From contig JBIKUX010000023.1 of assembly GCA_044347345.1 (NCBI GenBank), positions 1-42,787 on the forward strand: 42,787 bases of DNA. The letters run 5' to 3'. How positions within the stretch are numbered: the first letter of the stretch is position 1; each line of letters begins with the position of its first letter. Source of the stretch: Bdellovibrionota bacterium (lineage in GTDB: Bacteria > Bdellovibrionota_C > UBA2361 > JBIKUX01). Both the position numbers and the translations under genes were made by a program. Below the pieces are notes generated by a model. That model was not told where the DNA came from. It saw only the letters and a program-made list of their open reading frames with translations, and made no database searches. Shown here piece by piece: positions 7,367 through 16,526 of this stretch.

Positions 7367-10300
7367 CTTCGACTTCATCCCACTTCAATGGTCAAAGCTA
7401 AAAGAAGATGCCTCCCACGCTGAGCAGTTTGCATTAACTCAGCCCCGCACTGCTGCCTTCTATGCAAGAAGAGCATTAGAAAAGATCGTTAACTGGCTTT
7501 ACGATTACGATAAAACCTTAAAGCGCCCATATCAGGATAATCTTGCAGCCCTTATTCACGAACCAACTTTTCAAAAACTAGTTTCACCTTCTGGTCTGTT
7601 TCAATATATCAGACTGATTCAAAAGATCGGCAATCAGGCTGCCCATAGCGATGTCCAGATCAGACAGTACGATGGAATCGAGATAGTAAAATCACTGCAT
7701 GGCGTACTCACTTGGGCGGTAAGACTCTATACCAAGGTTCAAGATTCTCCGACATTTAATAGCTCTCTGGTTCCATCGGTTGATGCCTCCACCGTTCTGA
7801 AAGAATCAAGAAGAACGATTGACGAGCTTCAAACTCGGCTTCAGTCAGAAGATGATCGCTATGAGCGAGAGCGTAAAGAACGACAAAAGAACGAAGAGGA
7901 AATAACCCGTCTTCAAAAAGAGATTGAAGAACTTAAAGCCCGAAATATTCAGAGGGTGAAAGAGATCCCCGAGATCATCACTGAGGCTGATACGCGCAAG
8001 TGGATTATCGATGTCATGCTCCGTGAAGCAGGTTGGGACAAGTTCGTTAATGCTAGAGATGTTGAATACCCTGTAAAAGGAATGCCGAACCCTAAGGGTG
8101 AGGGCTTTGTTGATTATGTGCTTTGGGGTGATGACGGTCTGCCACTTGGCATCGTTGAAGCAAAGAGAACAAGCAAAGACCCGATTGAGGGACAAAGACA
8201 AGCAGAGCTTTACGCAGATTGCCTCGAAAAAGAAACAGGTCAACGACCTATCATCTACTACACCAACGGTTATGAGATTTGGCTATGGGATGACAGGGTT
8301 TATCCGCCTAGACCAGTTCAGGGGTATGCAACAAAAGATGAACTACAACTACTGATTAATAGAAGAAAGATCAAAGGTTCGTTAAGAGATATTGAGCCAA
8401 ACAGAGACATAATAAACCGCCCGTATCAGATCGAAGCTGCTGCACGAGTAGTTGAACGTCTGGAGAACGAAAGACAAAGACGATCTCTCCTCGTAATGGC
8501 TACGGGTACGGGCAAAACCAGAATGAGCATCGCTGTTGTAGAGATGCTGATGCGCCAGAACTGGATTAAGAGAGTTTTATTCCTTGCAGATAGAACTGCG
8601 CTAGTTAAGCAGGCTAAAAAACGTTTTGCAGAACACCTGCCGAATGTTGGCGCTATCAATATCGTTAGCGAAACCGAGGAAGAAAATACTCGCTTGGTGT
8701 TCTCTACGTATCACTCGATGATGAATCTTATTGATGAATCAAAGAATGACGGCAAGAAGCGATTTGGTACGAACTTCTTTGATCTGATCATCATTGATGA
8801 AGCTCATCGATCTGTTTATCACAAGTTCAAAGCAATATTTGAATACTTCGATAGTTTGCTGATTGGTCTTACAGCAACTCCACGGTCTGAAGTGGGTAAG
8901 GACACCTACGGTCTTTTTAACTGTGAAAATAATGTTCCAACTCACTGGTACGAACTAGATCAGGCGATTGCAGATAAATATCTGGTGGAACCTAAGCCCA
9001 TTACGGTGCCAACAAAGTTCCATCGTGAAGGAATCAAGTACGATGAACTCACCCCTGACGAGCAGGAAGAGTATGAAGAGACTTTCTTTGATGATGAGAC
9101 TGGCACGATGCCAAAAGAGATTGAGCCTGCGGCATTAAATAGCTGGCTATTCAACAAAGACACCGTTGATAAGGTTCTCGCCCATCTAATGCAAAACGGC
9201 ATCAAGATCGAAGGTGGCGACAAGCTCGGAAAATCAATCATCTTTGCCAAGAATCACAATCACGCGATCTTTATTGAAGAGAGGTTTAACGTAAACTATC
9301 CGCACCTTGCAGGTAAGTTTCTTCGCGTCATTGATAATCAGGTCAAATATGCAGACACACTGATCGATGAGTTTGATGTAGCCACCAAAGACCCATTGAT
9401 TGCTGTCTCTGTTGATATGCTTGATACAGGTATCGACATTGAAGAGATAGTGAACCTTGTATTCTTCAAACGAGTCAAATCACGCACCAAGTTCTGGCAG
9501 ATGATTGGTCGTGGCACTCGTCTCTGTGAAGATCTCTTTGGTCCTGGGCAGGACAAGAAATGCTTCTATATCTTTGACTACTGTGAAAACTTTGAGTTCT
9601 TTGGCAAGAACCCGAAAGGCATAGAAGCTCAACCGCAAGAATCGATCAAAGAGAAGATATTTAAGCGAAGATTGCAGGTTGCAAGAATGCTTGATGCTGA
9701 TGCTAATAAATCAGTGGAGCTTTCAACTTTACATAAAGAGATACTTGATCAGCTCCACAATCAAGTCGCTACCGTCAACATTGAAAGCTTTGTAGTTAGA
9801 CCTCATCGCCGTTATGTAGAGCGATATATTGAACGAGATACCTGGGACAACTTAAAGCCGAATGACTATCACGATATTTCAAAGCATTTAAGCGGACTTC
9901 CTACACCTGATAGTGATGATGAGTTTGCAAGACGATTTGATCTACTTTGCTTAAACCTTGCTGTTTCATTCATTGAAGTAAGCAAGCGGCAAGAAGGCTA
10001 TAAAGAAAGCGTTGTTGATTTGGCGCGTTCACTTGAGAAGAAGAAAAACATTCCAGCAGTTGCAGCCAAGCTAGACTTTATCAGAACTATTCAGACTGAT
10101 GACTATTGGGAACACCTTAGCGTTCCTGCGATTGAGAAGCTACGAAAGGAGCTAAGAGAGCTTATCAAGTTTATTGATGCTGAAGGTGGATTAAGTCGGG
10201 TTTACACCAACTTTGAAGATGAGTTTGGTGAAGCTGTTGAAGTGCGAGAGTTTATCCCTGGCTATGGTGACCGTGAAAACTACCGACTCAAGGTGGAACG

Positions 10301-10739
10301 ATTTGTAAGAGAGCATCAAGACCACATCACCATTCGAAGGTTGATGCACAATAAGCCGATAACTTCTGGCGACATTCAGGGCTTTGAAGAGATCTTTTTC
10401 TCAGAGCAAGGCATCGGCGATAGAGATCAGTTTGAGAAGAACTTTGGTAAGCAGTCTCTAGGTCGATTCATTCGCTCAATAGTTGGTCTTGATCGAGATG
10501 CAGCCAAAGAAGCCTTCGGTGAGTTTCTTTCAGGCAAGAAGCTAGAAGCAGACCAGATCACCTTTATCAATCAGATCGTTGAACACCTTGTTAAGAATGG
10601 GGTGATGAACCCTGAGAGGCTGTTTGAACAACCATTTACAGATATTCACTCTGAAGGTTTGGCAGGTGTATTCCCCAATGATGCAGAACGTATTCTTGCG
10701 GTGATTGAGGATGTGAATAGGAGGGCTGAAGCAGCGTGA
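7356..10739 (+). CDS. hsdR: Type I R-M restriction subunit (EcoAI/EcoEI-like)
   Basis: VDY...IVEAKR nuclease motif, MATGTGKT Walker A, DEAHRS, QMIGRGTR. Confidence 0.96.
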   Translation: MLSNFDFIPLQWSKLKEDASHAEQFALTQPRTAAFYARRALEKIVNWLYDYDKTLKRPYQDNLAALIHEPTFQKLVSPSGLFQYIRLIQKIGNQAAHSDVQIRQYDGIEIVKSLHGVLTWAVRLYTKVQDSPTFNSSLVPSVDASTVLKESRRTIDELQTRLQSEDDRYERERKERQKNEEEITRLQKEIEELKARNIQRVKEIPEIITEADTRKWIIDVMLREAGWDKFVNARDVEYPVKGMPNPKGEGFVDYVLWGDDGLPLGIVEAKRTSKDPIEGQRQAELYADCLEKETGQRPIIYYTNGYEIWLWDDRVYPPRPVQGYATKDELQLLINRRKIKGSLRDIEPNRDIINRPYQIEAAARVVERLENERQRRSLLVMATGTGKTRMSIAVVEMLMRQNWIKRVLFLADRTALVKQAKKRFAEHLPNVGAINIVSETEEENTRLVFSTYHSMMNLIDESKNDGKKRFGTNFFDLIIIDEAHRSVYHKFKAIFEYFDSLLIGLTATPRSEVGKDTYGLFNCENNVPTHWYELDQAIADKYLVEPKPITVPTKFHREGIKYDELTPDEQEEYEETFFDDETGTMPKEIEPAALNSWLFNKDTVDKVLAHLMQNGIKIEGGDKLGKSIIFAKNHNHAIFIEERFNVNYPHLAGKFLRVIDNQVKYADTLIDEFDVATKDPLIAVSVDMLDTGIDIEEIVNLVFFKRVKSRTKFWQMIGRGTRLCEDLFGPGQDKKCFYIFDYCENFEFFGKNPKGIEAQPQESIKEKIFKRRLQVARMLDADANKSVELSTLHKEILDQLHNQVATVNIESFVVRPHRRYVERYIERDTWDNLKPNDYHDISKHLSGLPTPDSDDEFARRFDLLCLNLAVSFIEVSKRQEGYKESVVDLARSLEKKKNIPAVAAKLDFIRTIQTDDYWEHLSVPAIEKLRKELRELIKFIDAEGGLSRVYTNFEDEFGEAVEVREFIPGYGDRENYRLKVERFVREHQDHITIRRLMHNKPITSGDIQGFEEIFFSEQGIGDRDQFEKNFGKQSLGRFIRSIVGLDRDAAKEAFGEFLSGKKLEADQITFINQIVEHLVKNGVMNPERLFEQPFTDIHSEGLAGVFPNDAERILAVIEDVNRRAEAA

Positions 10740-11443
10740 TAGATGCACCCTCAACACACTGGATCGATCTAGTTGGTATAATCGAACTTGGGTTGGCACC
10801 AAACTCCACCGATGAGGAAAGGAAAGCTGACAAACAGTTTCCCCTGATCAGTTTAGAAGAAAAGTATCGTCAACATAAAAACTACGGCAGAATCATGGCT
10901 GCCTTAGTTGATCTAAAGCTTACATTTCATTTCTTTGCGAATGACTTTTCTTATGCTGGTGGAGTTTTCAACGAACAGCTCCATGAAAAAGTCTTGGCTG
11001 GAAGAACAGAAGCGCAGATCGTAGCCTCCAAGATTTTGTTTCTTCGATACCTCAATGCGTTTGTCCTTCGCTGTCGATCATTTTGGGATAAGGCAATGGG
11101 GCTAATGGTTTTGGCTCTGAATCAAGACGAGTATGAGAACTTTTTAAGCAGCCACAGTCGTAGAGCTGCTTTTAAAAAGGCAATGCAAAATCACTTAGCG
11201 GAGGAATCAGTAGCAAGTATAGACACTCTGATTGGTGTATTAGACGACAAGTTCAGAACTGCTGAGGCACATCAAACTGGAACGTTGAGAACGTGGATTT
11301 TTCACAAGTGGGATCCGAACCCGATTAATACTCCATTCGGTTATCTTCTAGGCATTTATAATCACACGTTTAAATATGCTGAACAGATATCGAAGTTATT
11401 ACTAGAAAATCGAATCATCCCTTCAGCACGCGAGCATTCATAG
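10736..11443 (+). CDS. Putative HEPN-like (Cthe_2314-type) ribonuclease / defence effector
   Basis: Helical-looking protein with SFWDKA and R-x4-H (RTAEAH); its start overlaps the hsdR stop (GTGA). Confidence 0.5.
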   Translation: MIDAPSTHWIDLVGIIELGLAPNSTDEERKADKQFPLISLEEKYRQHKNYGRIMAALVDLKLTFHFFANDFSYAGGVFNEQLHEKVLAGRTEAQIVASKILFLRYLNAFVLRCRSFWDKAMGLMVLALNQDEYENFLSSHSRRAAFKKAMQNHLAEESVASIDTLIGVLDDKFRTAEAHQTGTLRTWIFHKWDPNPINTPFGYLLGIYNHTFKYAEQISKLLLENRIIPSAREHS

Positions 11444-11452
11444 TGAGGCATT

Positions 11453-12343
11453 ATGGCAAAGGCAAAACTAGGCACATACTACCTCGCTAGAATCATCAAA
11501 GTGGGGTTGCTTGATGACACGAAGGTTATCGAGGCTCTCCAAAAGCCTCTACCTATTGTTCGTGGAACGCATGGTTGGACAATCACTAAGTTTCAGAAGT
11601 GTGAATGTGAAGGGCACGATTACTATTTTGCGAAACTAACTAAATATAAACCTGATGGCGAGGTCAGTGTTATTGACCATGAGAAGGGGGAAGAAGTCTC
11701 TCAAATAGAACCTGATCTAGTTGTTGCTTCGAGTCCATTTGTCTTCATCCCTAGTGAATCCGCATTCGCACATTTACATGTATGGAATCAAATAGGTGAA
11801 GATATATTCAAAGAGCGAATGGCTGAACTGATTATGGCAAAGCACCAACACTTTTTTGTCGATTGCTCACTCGAATCAATCGCAGATCTAAGAACGTTCC
11901 TGGTCAAGATTAAAGAACTTGAGCAAATCACCCACATCGCAGCCACCATTTTCCCGCCAAACCCGCTATTCAGTCCTGCATGGGAATCCTTGAAAGATTA
12001 CTTAAAGACACGAAAAACCGAGGAAATGAAAGTTGAAGAAAAGTCATCGCAGGCAATCAATACTGACCTTCCTGCAATAGTCTCTGAGGTTCTTGATTCA
12101 ACACTTTCTGAATCTACAACCAGGAATGCGCAGATCGGTGATGCTGCAATCTTGATGGCTGCTGATGGTTACGGAAGGGGTAAGATAGTTGGAACCAGGA
12201 CAGGACATCAAGTAACTGTTCGCACTTCGGAAGCAACCTTAAACTTTCAACTGGAAAAGGATCCGAATGCTGAACTTCTGTTCAAAAAGACCTTTGAGAT
12301 TTTACAAGATATGAATAAACGTAGAAATCTGAAGCACAAATGA
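11453..12343 (+). CDS. Hypothetical soluble protein, DUF4747-like; candidate defence protein
   Basis: 296 aa with FAKLTKY, SPFVF and IFPPNP segments. Family resemblance is from memory only. Confidence 0.5.
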   Translation: MAKAKLGTYYLARIIKVGLLDDTKVIEALQKPLPIVRGTHGWTITKFQKCECEGHDYYFAKLTKYKPDGEVSVIDHEKGEEVSQIEPDLVVASSPFVFIPSESAFAHLHVWNQIGEDIFKERMAELIMAKHQHFFVDCSLESIADLRTFLVKIKELEQITHIAATIFPPNPLFSPAWESLKDYLKTRKTEEMKVEEKSSQAINTDLPAIVSEVLDSTLSESTTRNAQIGDAAILMAADGYGRGKIVGTRTGHQVTVRTSEATLNFQLEKDPNAELLFKKTFEILQDMNKRRNLKHK

Positions 12344-12804
12344 AACAACTAACTGATGCTCTACGTTTCGTTGTCATTTCGCCTGAACTGTTGGTAATAG
12401 CTTCCCTATTGCTCATTGGCCACACCTATCCTGACTTAGCAACGGTAGTAGGCGACAAGCTGATTGCTAATACTGAGATTACATCGGTTCTTTTAGGGTT
12501 TCCGATTGCACTTTTTTTATGGACATATCCAGAAGCTAAGAGCATTTTATTTCCGAAAGACAATAACAAGGTCCTTATCGAATGGAATGATTATCCTCTT
12601 TTAAGAAACAGAGTCTATTACAGTCTCTTTCTGCAAATAGTATGTGTAGTGGCCTCTGCGATCTTGTTTCTCTTTAAGAGCGATATCGAATCTAGAATCT
12701 TTGCGGTAGGTCTAGTAATGATTCTAGGTGTGTTACTTTGTATCGCAATATCTCTTGCAATGGCTTCAATGCAGATTCGACAAATCATTGAAAAAGAAAT
12801 CTGA
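12340..12804 (+). CDS. Four-TM membrane protein coupled to the upstream gene
   Basis: Four hydrophobic stretches; ATGA overlap with the previous stop. Confidence 0.75.
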   Translation: MKQLTDALRFVVISPELLVIASLLLIGHTYPDLATVVGDKLIANTEITSVLLGFPIALFLWTYPEAKSILFPKDNNKVLIEWNDYPLLRNRVYYSLFLQIVCVVASAILFLFKSDIESRIFAVGLVMILGVLLCIAISLAMASMQIRQIIEKEI

Positions 12805-12833
12805 TGATTAGACTGTCGATTCAAGAAATGAGT

Positions 12834-12941
12834 ATTTCAGGACATTTCTAGGCTGGTCAAAAGTTGGATGCAAAAAGGCTGCAACGAAAATAAAGATCAA
12901 ATAATACCGATATATTAGACCCCTACAGATACTACACCCCA
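12834..12941 (+). repeat. attR-like right-end cassette, copy 1
   Basis: ATTTCAGGA (12834), GGATGCA-AAAA-GGCTGCA (12866-12883), AGATACTA-CACCCCA (ends 12941). Confidence 0.75.
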
Positions 12942-12976
12942 ACTTCGCTCGTTCGCTTCGCTCACGAGCTTCGTCG

Positions 12977-13253
12977 GGGCAAGCCCGATCATTACTCGAT
13001 GCAGTTGGAATCGCCAATAGCGAAGTTGGCTCCGACGAAGTCAGCTTTAGCTGACGAAGTCGAGCGGGCAAGCCCGACCATTACTCGATGCAGTTGGAAT
13101 CGCCAATAGCGAAGTTGGCTCCGACGAAGTCAGCTTTAGCTGACGAAGTCGAGCGGGCAAGCCCGATCATTACTCGATGCAGTTGGAATCGCCAATAGCG
13201 AAGTTGGCTCCGACGAAGTCAGCTTTAGCTGACGAAGTCGAGCGGGCAAGCCC
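12977..13253. repeat. Tandem repeat, 3 x 89 bp, with REP-like hairpins
   Basis: AAGCCC anchors at 12981, 13070, 13159 and 13248. Units are identical except T/C at 13078. Each contains CGAC-GAA-GTCAGC-TTTA-GCTGAC-GAA-GTCG and GGGC-AA-GCCC. Confidence 0.95.
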
Positions 13254-13315
13254 AAAAATCTTAATTCAATAGGCAACTTTCTCCGCAATTCTCCGATTAA
13301 TAGGTCGGAGGTCCC

Positions 13316-13555
13316 ATGCACATCGTCTATCTACTACGCAGCCAAAAAAATCCTAATAGAGTCTACGTCGGCTTATGCAGCAACATGAAAAACCGTCTCG
13401 CCGAACACAATGCAGGCGAATGCAAGACGACGACTGAAAATCGTCCTTGGGAGGTCGACATCGCCGTCTATTTTCGAGATGAAAAGAAAGCACATGCCTT
13501 TGAGCGATATCTCAAGACAGGTTCAGGTCGAGCATTCTCAAAGCGACATCTTTAG
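13316..13555 (+). CDS. Small stand-alone GIY-YIG nuclease (UPF0213/YhbQ-like)
   Basis: IVYLLRS...VYVG...RLAEHNAG...RPW...AHAFERYLKTGSGR; GGAGG RBS. Confidence 0.92.
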   Translation: MHIVYLLRSQKNPNRVYVGLCSNMKNRLAEHNAGECKTTTENRPWEVDIAVYFRDEKKAHAFERYLKTGSGRAFSKRHL

Positions 13556-13616
13556 TCTCAAGTAAAATGATGAGGTAATGACATTTTTGGGGGAAACCGC
13601 ATATGCTTGGCATCGT

Positions 13617-14785
13617 ATGCGAAAGTTGATCTTTACTTATTTTCTTCTTTGCCTGTTCTCGATTGACGGATTTTGTGACACGCCGCCAGCATTCCAAGAT
13701 CTAAAGAAGAAATTTTCCACTATTAATCAGCTTCGCTTTAGGTACTCCGAACATCACACGCCCACTTGAGTTGGTGTCGGATCCCCACCAGTACCTATGG
13801 TGCGGGATTTCAAAGCCAGTGTATCAGCCACTAAAACTGAAATATTTATAAAATATAGTAGCACCGCAACCGGACGTAACTGGGAAAATTCTGGGACTTT
13901 CATCTCGGATGGAAAGTATGAATGGAACTATCAAAAGCAAGGCGGGGAAATAATACGTCCTTTGTTTCAAAGCGACCGGTCGGATTTCAGGATGAGCTGT
14001 TAAAAAAAGTGGCTGCGTCTGCCCCCCAATTTAATAAACAGAAACCGAATTGCCTACCTTTTGAACAGCTCTTCGACCCTGAGCTTGGCTCTGTCTGGTC
14101 GCCCTTTAAGTTCTATGAAGATCTCAGATTGAGAAAGATAACATTTGAAGGGACCGATATCGCCAATGCAGAAGGTCTTCATCACTGAACTGTGCAGCCC
14201 GAGGAGGGTTGTAGAAGAATTGAGCTTTGGATTGATGATGTCGATGGAATGCCCACGAAGTTTGTCGCCTATAATCCATATAAAGGAGCCGAGGATCGAG
14301 TTGAGCACGTTGGCGTGTTTTCCGAAAAAGAAAAAAACATCTCATTTTCGTCGGATCTTTTCACTTTCGACCCGAAGAAATTTCCTGACGCACAGGTTTT
14401 AGAGATGGACGCCAACAAAAGCGCCGAGATGTTTGTTAATACGTTTGCGACGCCTGCGAAATTGGTTTTTGAATCCCTGTTCAAACCCGATGCTTCTTCG
14501 GTCAAGGAGCTAGAAGGAACCGGATCGGGTTGGTTTACCTACTCATATCACCTACGTTTCATATCAAATACTTTGCCGCCCTTGAAGAAACAGCTGGAAT
14601 TTACGTCGGGGGAGCCCAGCAAGGCTGTTGAGTTTTTTAAGGAATCTTTCCCGAAGGACACAAGGTTGCTTAGTGAAATTTCGCTACTTGAGCTGAAAGA
14701 GAATCATCAGGGCAAAAATCATTTCTGGGTTTTGCATAACCGAAAAAACAATGTGTTTTTCGTGCGTGCTTGGGGTGATGAATAA
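13617..14785 (+). pseudogene. Fragmented exported protein with a LolA-like region
   Basis: Signal-peptide-like start MRKLIFTYFLLCLFS, then four consecutive fragments broken by stops and frameshifts (ends 13769, 14003, 14188, 14785). SSDLFTFDPKKFPDAQVLE resembles the LolA-fold C-terminal motif. Confidence 0.5.
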
Positions 14786-14807
14786 TAAGATTTCCTCCTT
14801 TCAAGAA

Positions 14808-14915
14808 ATTTCAGGAGCTTTCAAAATTACACCAAAATTGGGTGCAAAAAGGATGCACGATTTCATAAAACCCAATAAAATCAAGGGGTTTAGAGGTGCC
14901 AGATACTCCACCCCA
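14808..14915 (+). repeat. attR-like right-end cassette, copy 2
   Basis: ATTTCAGGA (14808), GGGTGCA-AAAA-GGATGCA (14840-14857), AGATACTC-CACCCCA (ends 14915); same 32- and 69-bp offsets as copy 1. Confidence 0.75.
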
Positions 14916-15030
14916 GTATTGTCCCTTTGGGGAGTGTTTCGTTCACTTTGTTTTGTTCACTGCACGCAGCTTGGGGTTCGCCGTGGCGCTTAAAGCTATC
15001 GTGGCGCTTAAAGCTATCGCTCACCCCATT
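14916..15030 (+). repeat. ~115-bp segment homologous to 17317-17408, ending in a 15-bp copy of the tRNA-His 3' end
   Basis: ATCGCTCACCCCATT at 15016-15030 equals 109-123. Internal 18-bp tandem duplication CGTGGCGCTTAAAGCTAT at 14982-15017. Confidence 0.75.
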
Positions 15031-15074
15031 CATCCGATTTCACTCCCAACCATGCCTGCGGGTTTTCGGGCATA

Positions 15075-15668
15075 TCATCTTCGCATAATGAAAAAAGCGT
15101 AACTGAAATACTCAGAATACTGCTTAAAAATAGAGATCTCTCTTTTAGCAGCTTCGAGAGCACTTTCTGCCTCACTATTACCGCTCCATTCCGTTCGGTA
15201 TTTCGCAATCTCTTTCTCAAGATGATCGTAATAGTTTTCAGTCCAGGCAGTTTGTGGAAGTACAAAGTAATCAGTTAAATCAAGGTTAAGTTCAGAAATG
15301 ACCTTCAGCTTGTTTTCTATAGTGTCTATTTCAGGATATTCCTTCCAGAATTCCATTGCTTCTTGAGGAGGATCGGGCTTAAGCCACACGACCTCGCTCA
15401 CAGCTGCTGATCCCGCAGGCTTCAAGAGCGGTCTAATCTTCGATAAGCCATTTTTAAATCCCATCAGGTAAACAGAGCCCTCAGCCCAAACGAGATCGAA
15501 ACTTTCTGGCTCGAAAGTCATGTCGTTCATATCAGCTTGAACAACTTTCACTCTATCTGTGAATCCAGCTGCCGCTACGGTATCCTCAAGCCGTCAGATC
15601 ATTTCGGGCAGTAAATCGAGAACAGTGACCATGCCATTACAAACTTGTAACAGCTCGATAGTCTGCGG
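15075..15668 (-). pseudogene. Truncated class I SAM-dependent methyltransferase
   Basis: The frame extends upstream as PQTIELLQVCNGMVTVLDLLPEMI*RLEDTVAAAGFTDRVKVVQADM with an internal TGA (15594-15596). The SAM-binding motif I is missing, cut at the abiEii stop. Confidence 0.8.
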
Positions 15669-16526
15669 TTAATAGTCTCGTGAGAGAGATCTGAGCAGAA
15701 GTTCGATCTTCTCAATAACTGCTGCAAACTCTGCTGGCACATTCGCCTGGAACTCCTCCTCAAGAGCACCAATAAACCGCTTCCAGTTACGGCTCATCGT
15801 TTCTATTGCTTCTGAGTCGTATGATAGTGCTGTTGGGAGAGGTGTGCTGCGATGGTCAAAAACGGATCGGACGACTTCAGCGTGTTCCCGTGGATTAAAT
15901 TCAGCAAGTTGTGAAACCGCAATCAGATCATAGAAATCTTTCATTCTACTATTCGTACCACCTCGGTAAACGACCGCTTCCATCTTCTCAGCAAAGATAT
16001 ACGAGAGTGGGTATGCTTGAATTGATATTTCAGACTCAAAAAGTGGCTTGTCATTGAGAGCGAGTAGCGGCAGTGTTTTCTTCTCTGGCACGACTTGATC
16101 GCCTATACCGAGATCCATTCTGATCTTCGTTCTTGTTTGACCAAGACACGCTGTGGTTCTTACTTCATATCCTGGATAGTTCATATGCGGATGGCTCATC
16201 ACTTGTACTTCAAGCCCTTCAAAGGTGAAGCCATCGTCATAAGGCATCGATAGAATCTCCTCAATCAACGTTCGTATCGCTTGAACAGTTCCCTCGGTGC
16301 CAGTAAAAGAGAAATCAAGATCTATCGTCTCTCTCCCAAGACGTAAGTATTTGCCGAGCAAAAAGCCGCCTTTAAAAATAAAGTTTTCAAGCTTATCTGA
16401 ACGTGCGAGACGAGCGAGAAACCGCTCAAGCGCAAGCGCTTTCCACACATCATTAAAAGCTCTGTTTTGAGCTTTCGCTATCGCCTTGATTCTGTCTTTC
16501 AATGAGCGCTCAAGATTCTTGCTCAT
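15669..16526 (-). CDS. abiEii: AbiEii-family nucleotidyltransferase toxin (type IV TA)
   Basis: FIFKGGFLL, RETIDLDF, AEKMEA and NSRMKDFYDL motifs. Confidence 0.92.
   Translation of the reverse strand: MSKNLERSLKDRIKAIAKAQNRAFNDVWKALALERFLARLARSDKLENFIFKGGFLLGKYLRLGRETIDLDFSFTGTEGTVQAIRTLIEEILSMPYDDGFTFEGLEVQVMSHPHMNYPGYEVRTTACLGQTRTKIRMDLGIGDQVVPEKKTLPLLALNDKPLFESEISIQAYPLSYIFAEKMEAVVYRGGTNSRMKDFYDLIAVSQLAEFNPREHAEVVRSVFDHRSTPLPTALSYDSEAIETMSRNWKRFIGALEEEFQANVPAEFAAVIEKIELLLRSLSRDY

Larger units (their letters stand above)
115..12941. mobile_element. Integrative element inserted at the tRNA-His 3' end, with repressor/xis/integrase, putative ncRNA and defence cargo
   Basis: CACCCCA at 115-121 is repeated at 12935-12941. 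GGATGCA-type repeats cluster at both ends (145-344 and 12866-12883). A tyrosine integrase and excisionase lie next to the tRNA. Confidence 0.8.

Noticed and set aside
122-12941. Complete prophage or ICE
   Set aside because: No structural, terminase, lysis, relaxase or conjugation genes were recognised.
12977-13253. CRISPR array
   Set aside because: The units are identical end to end apart from one substitution, there are no unique spacers, and no cas genes are present.
12808-13321. Minus-strand ORFs with repeated peptide sequence
   Set aside because: They are by-products of the 89-bp DNA repeat, whose period is not a multiple of 3.
13843-13850. Reverse-strand TATAAATA
   Set aside because: It lies inside a pseudogene and is not upstream of any gene. 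Treated as chance, and a reminder of the motif's background rate.
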